Of a stretch of DNA of 62,709 nucleotides, positions 27,127 through 39,237 are shown piece after piece. The DNA lies in assembly GCA_003427395.1 (NCBI GenBank), contig BFEA01000009.1:2741792-2804500 (forward strand), written 5' to 3'. The notes beneath the pieces are model-generated. The model saw nothing but the letters and a program-made list of their open reading frames with translations. It was not told the origin of the DNA and did no database searches. Made by a program: the position numbers and the translations under genes. This DNA comes from Chara braunii (Eukaryota > Plantae > Charophyceae). Each line of letters opens with the position of its first letter. Positions within the stretch are counted from its first letter, which is position 1.

Positions 27127-28248
27127 GCGATAGGAGGAGCGAGGCTCTGAGAAGCCTGCCCTATCACAATAATGACGCGGACGGTGATAAGAGAAGCAAG
27201 GCTCCGAGAAGCCTGCCTTACCATCAACCAGCCGTGCGTTAGTATGAGTAAGAGATAGGAGGAGCGAGGCTCCGGGAAGCCTGCCCTATCGCAAGGATAA
27301 CATGGGGGTGATAAGAAAAGGGAGACTCCGAGAAGTCTGCCTTATCACTAACGAGCCATGCATTCAAACAGGTGATAGGCTGTGAAACTGCGAGTTCATT
27401 GAACGCGGGTTTTCCGTTCAGAAGCTCCAGGGTAGCCCAGCAGGAGGGGCCGACGTCACAGGCGGTGATCGTGGACTCCCAGAGAGAAAAAAAAAAAAAA
27501 AAAAAATGATCAAAAAATTCGGAAAAAAAAATTGTTATTGAGAAAAAAAAAAAAAAAAAAATTTGCCTGAGCATTACATCTAAATTCGTTACCAAATTGG
27601 AAAAAAAAACTAGAAAACAGAAAATAGAAAAAGTTTAAAAAGAATTGAAATTAGTGAGTGAACACGATTTGACACCACCATCTTTGGCGATTTTTCATTT
27701 TTCTTTACCTTAGCAAAATGACTCCAAAATTGAGAGGCATGTACCTCACATCATACATAACTCATAATAAAAAATCAGGAAAAAAACGTTATTTTTAGGC
27801 ATCGAAATGATTTTTCAAAATAAAATAAAAAAATAAAAAAATAATTGAACGTCGTTCAATTTTGAACGCGAATTTAAATCTGCGTTCAAACGCACATTTG
27901 AACATGAACGCGCGTTCACGGCATTCAAACGGTTACACAGGTGATAGGAGGAGCAAGACCTCTTAAGGTCTGCCCTATCGCTTGGGTAGCACGGGTAAGG
28001 GAAGTGGTGATAAGAGAAAGCAAGACTCTGAGAAGGCTGCCTTATTACCCGCCAACCGTGCTTCGATATCTAACGGAGATAGGAGGAGCGAGGCTGCAAG
28101 GTCTTCCCTATCGCAATAACTAGCACAAGTAACAGAAGTGGTGATAAGAGAAGCAAGGCTCCAAGAAACCTGCCTTATTGCCCGCCGACTGTGATTCAGT
28201 ATCAAGTAGTGATAGGAGAAGCAAGGCCCATGAGGTCTTCCCTATCAC
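27127..28248 (+). repeat. Stem-loop array (9 units of ~60 bp) in the 5' LTR, split by a MITE
   Basis: Alternating gatagg...cctatc and gtgataag...cttatcac units around aggagcgaggctccgagaagcctgc. Confidence 0.85.
27380..27940. mobile_element. MITE with 8-bp TSD (hAT-like) in the 5' LTR
   Basis: TSD gtgatagg at 27372-27379 and 27941-27948. TIR ctgtgaaactg / cggttacacag (9/11). Empty site in the 3' LTR at ~53493. Confidence 0.88.
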
Positions 28249-29758
28249 AAACAGACACCCAGTAAAGGATGGGTAGATCTCGAGCAGTCTACCATACCAT
28301 TATTAACCTCCTCAATAAAATTGGATCAATCTGATTACTGACAGATTACTTCTGATTCTATTGAGGTGAGGATAGTGAGTTATTAGCCTGATAGACTCGT
28401 CCCTTCATCTCGACACTCTAATTCGATTCCTATCATATGACTCCTTTTAAAGATGGTTTGGCAATGTTGCATGTGCTTGCCAAAGAAGAAATCAAGAAAG
28501 AAACTTTGATAAACAGTCCTCAAAAGAAACTTATGTAGGACCATTGGGTCGGATAAACTGGGAATGAATTATTGTTCATGCCTGAACTGCAAGGCAACAA
28601 CCTGACAATTAGATAAGGATGGAAGCCAGAGAGTGGGTCACCAACTAGCGTTGATCTCTAGGTCACAAATCTAGAAGGAGTCTTCTAGATCCTAGTATAG
28701 GAAAATGGGATGTTAAGTTCTTTGGGACTGTGTTGTGCCTACATGTTTCCATCACTCTTGGGGAAACTACGGAAGAACCCGTAAGGGACTGCAATTCTTG
28801 TTCCCGTTGGATAACAGATCGGTAGGATTCCGACTCAACTTCCACATGGCTTGATACCCACATCTAAGACAAAATCGAAAAAAAGACAGAGAGATTTTCC
28901 CGTAGCTAAGCCTGAATTGTCCTAGTCACTCTCAAAGGTCTTTGAAAAGGTGAGGGTTGGGTAAAAGAGTTAGGAGTAGGAAGGAATGTTGTTCCAAGGT
29001 TTTGTGGAGTGAGGGACTTGCTATGAATGGGTTAAAGGTTGACGCTTGTAGTGCATTCTGTGTTTGCATTTGTACTCGTGTATTTGTGGTTTCTTTGCAT
29101 TTGCTCAAGTTTTGGGCCGTGATTGTCTCCTGAACTTGAGTGGTGATCTGAGATATTTGGATAGGGTGCACCACAATTGTGAAAGTGAGGTCTGCCACTC
29201 ATTCGCTCTCCTAACATACATATATAGGATTCTGTTGAAATTTTTTGGAAAAGGTAAAATTACAGAAGAAGCTAGACATTGACATTGATTATATAGTCAA
29301 CAAGGAACAAAGACTCTTTGTCATAAGTAGCTAAGCGTAGAAGACTATCCAAAAAGGGTTAACCTGATTAGGTAGTCGGTCCGAGGAAGTTAACTCCTCG
29401 GTACACAAATACGGGTCAGTCTTAAGGCGTTCTACCGCGCGTATGCCTATGCTACAGCGATCGAGAAAACGCCTTTGGTTGGCCTACCTCTGCAATTGCA
29501 TGTAAAAGCCTTCGCACATGGGTCAGTTGCTCAACAGGGATACGCCCACCTAAAGGATGGTGATAACTCCCGCAAGTGGAGGTAAGTTGTACCTCGCGGG
29601 ATCTATGACTTGTCGTAGGATCCGCGAGAGGTATAGCACGCTCGCACGGTCGGAGTGGTATTTAGCTAAGGTGACTTAAGACTCCTGCGTGATACGACCG
29701 TGAGGCCCGACACAAGAATTGTTTTACGTCTGGGTGTGGGACCGCCGTGCACGACAGG

Positions 29759-29778
29759 TGGCGCCGTTGCCGGGGATC
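29759..29778 (+). promoter_or_regulatory. Primer-binding site complementary to the tRNA-Asp(GUC) 3' end
   Basis: TGGCGCCGTTGCCGGGGATC, 2 nt after the LTR-terminal CA. Complement of plant cytosolic tRNA-Asp ...GAUCCCCGGCAACGGCGCCA; same PBS as Athila elements. Confidence 0.93.
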
Positions 29779-30066
29779 TCGTTTCCTAACCGAGGTCCTT
29801 AGTGAACGAACTCGGGTGAGGAAAGACGATGATCCAGGCAGAACGACAACTTGAAACTTTCTAAAATTAGATTTGACTAAAGGTTCTGAGTTGGTAGGAC
29901 GATAAGCATAATCGAGGTCAATACGATGACTTAGGGATACAAATAAACCATTGATCAAAGGCAGCTAGTGATAAAAGGTTGCTCTAAGCAAGAGAGAAGG
30001 CATTACGTAAATCATACATTATCTAAGATATTGATAAACGCCCCGCCTGCGCTCAAAGCCAACAAT

Positions 30067-32324
30067 ATGGCACCTAAGGGTCGTGGGACCGGCATGGGAA
30101 GAGGAAGAGGCGGAAGGCAAGGAAAGGCGTCTGAAAGGCCTATAGACTTGACCAAAGAATGGGAAAACTGGAAGCAAGAAGATGAAGGACTAGAAGAGAA
30201 GAAGGAAGGGCTGAGGGCGCGAATGCAGCAAGATGAGTGGCGTGAGCGTACCCCAAACCCAGGAAAGATGGCTTATTATTCATAGAAGTACGAAAGACGT
30301 TATGACGGATCTCTGCCACGTTTTGAGCTGCATAGCCACCCGCGCTTTGGTCTTTATCCACCATCTACCTCTTCGGCTCAGGAGCGGCAGTTGACCATCT
30401 TCCCTCAACCTCACCAGCAGGAGCCCCAACCGATACTACACGTTTCTGACCCTCCTGTTGTCTCACAATCTACATCGCCTGACAGGAGATTGTGCATCTC
30501 ACTTATGATGTTTTTGTTATGCACGATATAGATCTGTGGGTTTGTATCTTACCTGTTATCTACGAAGATTTTACGAAGTGTTAACTGAAGGCTCAGGATA
30601 AGATGGCAAGTGAAGGGGGATAGTTGAGCCATGAGTTCAATGAAAGATATCAGTATTAGTGATATCTATATAGAAAATGATTATTGGGTTATTGTTGTGT
30701 AGCGAACAGGTGGAGTATATCGATAAGGACAAGATGACTTCCGTCCAACACCGGTTCACAATCGAGAGGCTTAGGCAAATGAGGAACGGGTTAATGATGA
30801 ATATACCAACTCGTCGTAGGGGGAATGAGGAAACAGGGAATCGTTGGGGGAAACCTATAGAGAATCGTACTTTCATTTAGATTAAGTCTTGATGGGTTAA
30901 AGACGAAAGTTGTGCAATACAAAATGTTACATTATATGTTTCATCAGAGTATTTACGGACTATCATAATAATTTTTTTTTTAGGGATGGATCGATCTCTT
31001 TCAAGACTAATATGGCTTGCGGGATCCGCACTCGACACATGGAGTAGGGACGCGCATCTGAATGGGTTTAAGCAAGTTAAGGGAACAGTAGAGGTGAGAA
31101 GGGCTTGTGATTTGTTTCTACCAACTGCACGTTTAAGAGGAACTCTTTCGATGTTTATTATAAATGAAGCCTTCGGGGGGAGGATGCGAGAAGAGAAAGC
31201 TGCAAAATCTGGTTTGGCGGTACCCGACAGGAAATATCACGAATCTACCTCGTTATTAGTATATTACTTATACCTAGAGATGAGACATTTCATTGAGGAA
31301 AGAGAATTGTTGAATATATTACCACAAATCGACACGTATGCTCACAAGTACGAATTGGCAGATAGGTTTAACTACTGGGACGAATTACGACAGATAGTCA
31401 TCTTTCAAGCTTAATAATGAAACCCGATACTCCCAGCTTGAGAAACTTGGGAAGGAAATATGGTAGAATTAGAGGATAGAAAAATGCGGAGTTATGTCGA
31501 AAAAAAGTTAGACAATTGACTAAAGATAAAAGTTTTTCTTTTATATGGTTGTGCAAACATGGTACGATATGGCTCCTGGAATATGGTTCGCAAGCCAATA
31601 CTTCCTGATTAACCTGCCCTAGTAAAAAAACGGAGGAATTAAAATAACGTTACCTCGGCGAGGGGTGGAAGAAGGAGAAGAGATAGACACATGGTGTGGA
31701 ATACCAATAGGGATAGAGGCTTTCCTCTGGGTAGAAACTGGTTGGACCACCGAAGAAAGACACGCGATAGTAAGGGAGACCCTGTACCTATCGACCCTCC
31801 TTTGGAAGGCGCATATGATTGACCTCGCGATAGGAGAGAGTCGTTCAATCTCCAAGTATGTTCTGACTGCATGGATGACTCTTGAAGCATTCTCTCGGAA
31901 GATGTACTTGGGAGAACAAGGGATGGTCATACGGTCAATTGAGGCAAGATGAGCGACTGAGTTTGCCTATCCGACAATGAACGTTAAAGCTACTCTTCCT
32001 AAGTTTATAATTAACGAGGTTTTTTTGGGAATAGAAAATGTGGAGCGAGCAGTACTCGCAGCGTAATCAGCGTCTGATATGGGTTTCGAGTTTGAAGCAT
32101 CCGATGTTATTTACTGTTTGTACTTAAAAATGAGGCTGGAATTGGCAAAAGGGGACTTTTATAATATTATGTGTATTGTAAATGCGTATCTACGCACTTA
32201 TCATCGGGAAGATCGTTTGACGTACTGGGGCAGGCTTTGTAAGGAAGTATGCATTGAGATCTTACTAGATGGTATCCCATATTATTTGGTATGGTTAGAA
32301 GCTTTTGGCACAGGGATTGGGTAG
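30067..32324 (+). pseudogene. Accessory ORF region upstream of gag (ORF0), unknown function, containing a duplicated domain
   Basis: Protein-like fragments MAPKGRGTGMGRGRGGRQ..., 30986-31414, 31665-31952 and 32079-32324. Internal similarity FIINEAF/FIINEVF and YYLYLEMR/YCLYLKMR. Confidence 0.6.
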
Positions 32325-35300
32325 CTTTGGATGAGCTGAACAGTTGAGAACTATGAGAAAGGTGGTATCAGCAATACAGTAGATGGTTCTCAATGTTCGT
32401 TAATAGATAGTATAGGGATTTTTGTTAAGCGAAGTCAAACTGTCATGTCTTGACGTAAGATGGGACGGTGGTCGTTTGTGTATTTCAAGAGATTCTACGG
32501 TCTAAATAAAAGAAGAAGAAGGAAAAATGAGTGATCTTGGTGACGACGATATCAATGGAGGAGGGTCACCACCTATAATTGCGGCCGAAATTGTCAAGCT
32601 ATTGGAAAGAAGGACGATCAAAAGGTCAAACCTGCCGAAAATAGATATCTTCCCTTTCAAAGGAAAAACAGTGTCTCACTGGTTGGAATTGCTAGAAGAA
32701 ATCTTCAACCAGTTGATTTCCGCTGAGAAATTTTCTCACCTGTACGAATATGTATGGTGGGAGTTTAAGCCGGATGTGGAAGAAGTCGCAAGGAAGGTCA
32801 ATGATAATTAGGCAGAATTTAAGAAGGGTATGCAGAGGAAGTTTAAATTAGGGGACGGTCTGCTCATTATTGAGCACTTGTACAATATGAACCGGGATGA
32901 TTTCACCACGATTGGGGCATTCGCCAATGCTTTTGAGAAGACGGCAGAAAGAGTCCCAAGGTTGTCTGAAGAAATGCAGTGCGTCATTTTTCTGTGAAAG
33001 TTTTCTGGGTATGAGGCCATGGAGTTGACTCGAGGAGTAGCCGCAGGCAGGAAAACAACTTGGGAAACTATTAAGAGAAACATCGCGGGCGGGGATCTGG
33101 ACCAGGTGCTTTACCACGAAGTTAAAGTGAAATGAAGGAAAAGAAAGGCAGTAGAAACAAATAAAGGGACCGACAATGCGTTAGAGGGAGTACTGAGTGA
33201 TATGGCAAATGAGATGAAGGAATTGAAGGAAAAGGTGTCGCCACGGAAGGTAATGACGGTTACGCAACCATCAGGGAAAAGGAAGAAAGAAGAAGAAGGG
33301 GAAGGCGAGGAAGAAGAAGAAGAGGATCATGAGGTAGCGGTCAAATTAACAAAGTGTCGAAGGAAGGCGAGATATTTAGCCATGGGGGGACCAGGTACGG
33401 TGAAAGGACATGTTTCTCAGCAGGCGATAATCCAGTATGGCCAAGAGTCGTCAACAAACACAGCTCAGTTCGGACAATGGCCAGTGGGGCCACTGATGAG
33501 TGCATGGCCCGGGTATTTCCTAATGGGACCATGGTCAATGCAAGGACCAGTAGGACCTTATCCAATGATGCCACAAATCAAGAATGTGGGAGGCGAGCAA
33601 GGAGTAGGACGTGATCAACAAAAGGGTAAACAACAACCAGGACCAAGTCACCAAGNNNNNNNNNNNNNNNNNNNNNNNNNNNNNNNNNNNNNNNNNNNNN
33701 NNNNNNNNNNNNNNNNNNNNNNNNNNNNNNNNNNNNNNNNNNNNNNNNNNNNNNNNNNNNNNNNNNNNNNNNNNNNNNNNNNNNNNNNNNNNNNNNNNNN
33801 NNNNNNNNNNNNNNNNNNNNNNNNNNNNNNNNNNNNNNNNNNNNNNNNNNNNNNNNNNNNNNNNNNNNNNNNNNNNNNNNNNNNNNNNNNNNNNNNNNNN
33901 NNNNNNNNNNNNNNNNNNNNNNNNNNNNNNNNNNNNNNNNCGGACAAGGATACGGAAGAGGATGGGTAAACTACAGTGAATGTACTTGTACTCACTGTGG
34001 GATCAAAGGGCATACGGTAAAGCGGTGTCACGTCAAGAAACTAGACGAATGCGATGAACGCATCACCTCGAATATAGATGGTGATGTGTTCAACAAAAGA
34101 GGTAATATGATCAGTCTGGACATTCTTGGTGGCACGAGGGAAGAAGCACTCCGAGTGGCTGGGCTTGGTCCCAGCACTCCGACAATGTTCTAAATTTGGC
34201 AAGAGAAGGAAGACCCTGTTGTGCATGTGGAAGATATAACGGAACTAGAAGAGAAAATGGGCAAGATGGAGGTTAGAGAAAACAAAGAGAACATTCCCCT
34301 CATTGAAGAAGAACCAGAGGGGGAGGATGTTAGCGTCAATGTCAAAGAAGCATTTGCTAGGATGGAGTACTTAATGGAAAAAATGCAAAGGTTACACCTA
34401 AGGCTTCGCGGAATATGTGAAGAAGTTGGAAGAGAAGGAATTAGATATCCGAAAGTATTTACCATGGGACTCGAACGACCGGGGGAGCGACCAAGTAAAC
34501 CTGACCCGAGAATGTTGAGAGCCAACATGGCTGCGAAAACTAGCATGGGCCAAAGGAACGTGAGGGGGTCCTTTCCATACGCTACGAGAAGGCAACATGG
34601 GAGCAATCCTCCGAAGGAACAAACACAGACTTCCTAGCCGGTTGAGGAAGAGTCACCAATCACGGTAGAAGAGGATGAGGACGGAGACGATAAAATGAGG
34701 GAAGTATGCTCACAAGTACGAATCGGCAGATAGGTTTAACTACTGGGACGAATTACGACAGATAGTAATCTTTCAAGCTTAATAATGAAACCCGATACTC
34801 CCAGCTTGAGAAACTTGGAAAGGAAATATGGTAGAATTAGAGGATAAAATAATGCGGAATTATGTCGGAAAAAAGTTAGATAATTGACAAAAGATAAAAG
34901 TTTTCCTTTTGTATGGTTGTGCAAACATGGTACGATATGGCTCCTGGAATATGGTTCGCAAGCCAATATTTTCTCATTAACCTGCCCTAGTAAAAAAACG
35001 GAGGAATTAAAATGACGTTACTTCGGCGAGGGGTGGAAAAAGGAGAAGAGATAGACACATGGTGTGGAATACCGATAGGGAAAGAGGCTTTCCTCTGGGT
35101 AGAAACTGGTTGGACCACCGAAAAAAGACACACGATAGTAAGGGTGACCCTGTACCTATCGACCCTCCTTTGGAAGGCGCATATGATTGAACTCGCGATA
35201 GGAGAGAGTCCTCCAATCTCCAAGTATGTTCTGACTGCATGGATGATTCTTGAAGCATTCTCTCAGGAGATGTACTTGGGAGAACAAGGGATGGTCATAC

Positions 35301-38145
35301 GGTCAATTGAGGCAAGATGAGCGACTGAGTTTGCCTATCCAACAATGAACGTTAAAGCTACTCTTCCTAAGTTTATAATTAACGAGGTTTTTTGGGGAAT
35401 AGAAAATGTGGAGCGAGCAGTACTTGCAGCGTAATCAGAGTCTGATATGGGTTTCGAGTTTGAAGCATCGGATGTTATTTATTGTTTGTACTTAGAAATG
35501 AGGCTGAAATTGGCAAAAGGGGACTTTTATAATATTATGTGTATCGTAAATGCGTATCTACGCACTTATCATCGGGAAGATCGTTTGACGTATTGGCGCA
35601 AGCTCTGTAAGGAAGTATGCATTGAGATCTTACTAGATGATATCCCATATTATTTGGTATGGTTAGAAGCTTTTGGCACAGGGATTGGGTAGCTTTGGAT
35701 GAGTTGAACAGTTGAAAACTATGAGAAAGGTGGTATCAGCAATACAGTAGATGGTTCTCAATGTTCGTTAATAGATAGTATAGGAATTTTTGTTAAGCGA
35801 AGTCAAACTGTCATGTCTTGACGTAAGATGAGACGGTGGTCGTTTGTTTGTCTCAAGAGATTCTACGGTCTAAATAAAAGAAGAAGAAGGAAAAATGAGT
35901 GATCTTGGTGATGACGATATCAATGGAGGAGGGTCACCACCTATAATTGCGGTCGAAATTGTCAAGCTATTGGAAAGGAGGACGATCAAAAGGTCAAACC
36001 TGTCGAAAATAGATAATCTCCCTTTCAAAGGAAAAAGAGTGTCTCACTGGTTGGAATTGCTAGAACAAATCTTCAACCAGTTAATTTCCGCTGAGAAATT
36101 TTCTCAGTTGTACGAATATGTATGGTGGGAGTTTAAGCCGGATGTGGAAGAAGTCGCAAGGAAGGCCAATGATAATTAGGCAGAATTTAAGAAGGGTATG
36201 CAGAGGAAGTTTAAATTAGGGGACGGTCTGCTCACTATTGAGCACTTGTACAATATGAACCGGGATGATTTCACCACGATTGGGGCATTCGCCAATGCTT
36301 TTGAGAAAACGGCAGAAAGAGTCTCAAGGTTGTCTGAAGAAATGCAGTGCGTCATTTTTCTGTGAAAGTTTTCTGGGTATGAGGCCATGGCGTTGACTCG
36401 AGGAGGAGCCTCAGGCAGGAAAACAACTTGGGAAACTATTAAGAGAAACATCACGGTCGGGGATCTGGACCAGGTGTTTTACCACGAAGTTGAAGTGAAA
36501 CGAAGGAAAAGAAAGGCAGTAGAAACAGATAAAGGGACTGACAATGCGTTGAAGGGAGTACTGAGTGACATGGCAAATGAGATGAAGGAATTGAAGGAAA
36601 AGGTGTCGCCAGGGAAGGTAATGACGGTTACACAACCATCAGGGAAAAGGAAGAAAGAAGAAGAAGGGGAATGCGAGGAAGAAGAAGAAGAGGATTATGA
36701 GGTAGCGGTAAGAAGGGGAATGCGAGGAAGAAGAAGAAGAGGATTATGAGGTAGCGGTCAAATTAACAAAGTGTCGAAGGAAGGCGAGATATTTAGCCAT
36801 AGGGGGACAACGTACGGCGAAAGGACATGTTTCTCCGCAAGCGATAATCCAATATGGCCAAGAGTCGTCAACAGGCACAGCTCAGTTCGGACAATGGCCA
36901 GTGGGGCCACTGATGAGGGGATGGCCCGGGTATTTCCTGATGGGACCATGGTCAATGCAAGGACCAGTAGGACCTTTTCCAATGATGCCACAAATCAAGA
37001 ATGTGGGAGGCGAGCAAGGAGTAGGACGTGATCAACAAAAGGGTAAACAACAACCAGGACCAAGTCACCAAGNNNNNNNNNNNNNNNNNNNNNNNNNNNN
37101 NNNNNNNNNNNNNNNNNNNNNNNNNNNNNNNNNNNNNNNNNNNNNNNNNNNNNNNNNNNNNNNNNNNNNNNNNNNNNNNNNNNNNNNNNNNNNNNNNNNN
37201 NNNNNNNNNNNNNNNNNNNNNNNNNNNNNNNNNNNNNNNNNNNNNNNNNNNNNNNNNNNNNNNNNNNNNNNNNNNNNNNNNNNNNNNNNNNNNNNNNNNN
37301 NNNNNNNNNNNNNNNNNNNNNNNNNNNNNNNNNNNNNNNNNNNNNNNNNNNNNNNNNNNNNNNNNNNNNNNNNNNNNNNNNNCGGACAAGGATACGGAAG
37401 AGGATGGGTAAACTACAGTGAATGTACTTGTACTCACTGTGGGATCAAAGGGCATACGGTAAAGCGGTGTCACGTCAGGAAACTAGACGAATGCGATGAA
37501 CGCATCACCTCGAATATAGATGGTGATGTGTTCAACAAAAGAGGTAATATGATCAGTCTGGACATTCCTGGCGGCACGAGGGAAGAAGCCTTCCGACTGG
37601 CTGGGCTTGGCCCCAGCGCTCCGACGATGTTCTAAATTTGGCAAGAGAAGGAAGGCCATGTTGTGCATGTGGAAGATATAACGGAACTAGAAGAGAAAAT
37701 GGGCAAGATAGAGGTTAGAGAAAGCAAGGAAAACGTTCCCCTCATTGAAGAAGAAGCAGAGGGGGAGGATGTTAGCGTCAATGTCAAAGAAACATTCGAT
37801 AGGATGGAGTACTTAGTGGAAAAAATGCAAAGGTTACACCTAAGGCTTCGCGGAATATGTGAAGAAGTTGGAAGAAAATGAATTAGATATCCGAAAGTAT
37901 TTACCACTGGACTCAAAGGACAAGGGGAGCGACCAAGTAAACCTGACCCGAGAATGTTGAGAGCCAACATGGCTGCGAAAACGAGCATGGGTCAAAGGAA
38001 CGTGAGGGGGTCCTTTCCATACGCTACGAGAAGGCAAGAGGGGAACAATCCTCCGAAGGAACAAACACAGACTTCCCAGCCGGTTGAGGAGGAGTCACCA
38101 ATCACGGTAGAAGAGGATGAGGACGAGGACGATAAAATCAGGGAA
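31336..38145 (+). repeat. Tandem duplication of ~3.37 kb (31336-34703 and 34704-38145) covering the ORF0 3' part and most of gag
   Basis: Junction ...gataaaatgagggaa|gtatgctcacaagtacgaa. Copies are colinear and highly similar but not identical. Confidence 0.95.
32527..34703 (+). pseudogene. gag: gag copy 1 (truncated by the duplication junction)
   Basis: MSDLGDDD...PKIDIFPFKGKTVSHWLELLE; zinc knuckle CTHCGIKGHTVKRC (C-x2-C-x4-H-x4-C) at ~33987-34028; in-frame stops. Confidence 0.85.
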
Positions 38146-39237
38146 GAAGAAGATAAGCAGGCGGAAACTATGGCTAAGGAGAGGAAAGAAGAAGTCAAGG
38201 AAGGGAAATCGAAGACAGATCAAATAGCGAGCAAGAAACGAAAGTATCAGACTTCGATCGAGGAAGGAGTTGACCTGGAAGGACTACTGAATAAGTTATT
38301 GGAAGGTCACAACGAATTGTTGAATTTAAGAGAGATTTTTGCTTCAGCCCCAAGACTAAGGGAAATGATGAAAGCTAGGTTGTCACACAAGAGAGTGGCC
38401 ACAGTACGAATAGGGGACCTGATTCCCAAAGAAGCCAACTGGAGCGTTGCAGGAAGCAAGATGAACTGACAGTTCGTGGGGACCGGGTCCTTAGATATTA
38501 TGATGAAAGGGAAAATGTGTTGAGGTATGGTTGATACAAGGGCCGAAATGAATATCATAAATGAGGAAACTGCAGAGAGATTGGGGTTGGAGATTGATGA
38601 GAATGATTGCGGAATCCTCAATGGAGTTAGTGGCAAAACCAGATAAATGGGAGTCGCTTCAAATGTTGTAATAGAAATAGGAAGGGTTAAGGTGCGCACA
38701 TGTTTCTACATTATGCCAAGTTTGGACCTCCTGATTTTATTAGGCAGATCCTTCTTGTGCAGATCCGAAGCGCTCATTTTGAACAAACACGACAGCACCA
38801 TGTTCGTTATCCTATGTGATCCCGCTTGTGGAAATTTTGAAGTAATTACTTGTAGAAATACCGGGCCACACAGTTCGAAAAACTGGCTCAATGCGGGATC
38901 ATATACATTCGAGGAATCGGAGAATATGCGGAGACAACTAGAATAGGAAGACGAAGAAGAAACGGACGATAAGGAAGTCGGTGGGCTCGTATTGAGCCTA
39001 TCGAGTATCAGTGAAGCAGTCGAGTTGGTATCAACCTATAGGATGGCTGACCCTCATGCCGTCAGGGCGCTTGCTGAAAGAGTTCAGGAAGATCCAAAAG
39101 GAGAGAAAATCGATCTGGTGTACAGACCTCCCTCTCCTCAGATAGTAGGGCCACAAACATCAAATGCACAAGCGGCCGACCAACATTTTTTAGGGGTGGG
39201 CTCAAGTAGGGCTCCAAAAGACGGTACAAGACGATAA
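35895..39237 (+). pseudogene. gag: gag copy 2 continuing in frame into aspartic protease
   Basis: CCHC knuckle ~37429-37470. Protease motif GMVDTRAEMNII (~38524; DTG decayed to DTR) and LILLGRSFL. The frame ends shortly after the slippery site. Confidence 0.88.

Larger units (their letters stand above)
20109..29756 (+). repeat. 5' LTR (first ~400 bp missing), carrying two MITE insertions
   Basis: Colinear with 46347-55381 from gcaaatcggttagaaa to ...gggaccgccgtgcacgaCA, immediately before the PBS. Confidence 0.9.
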
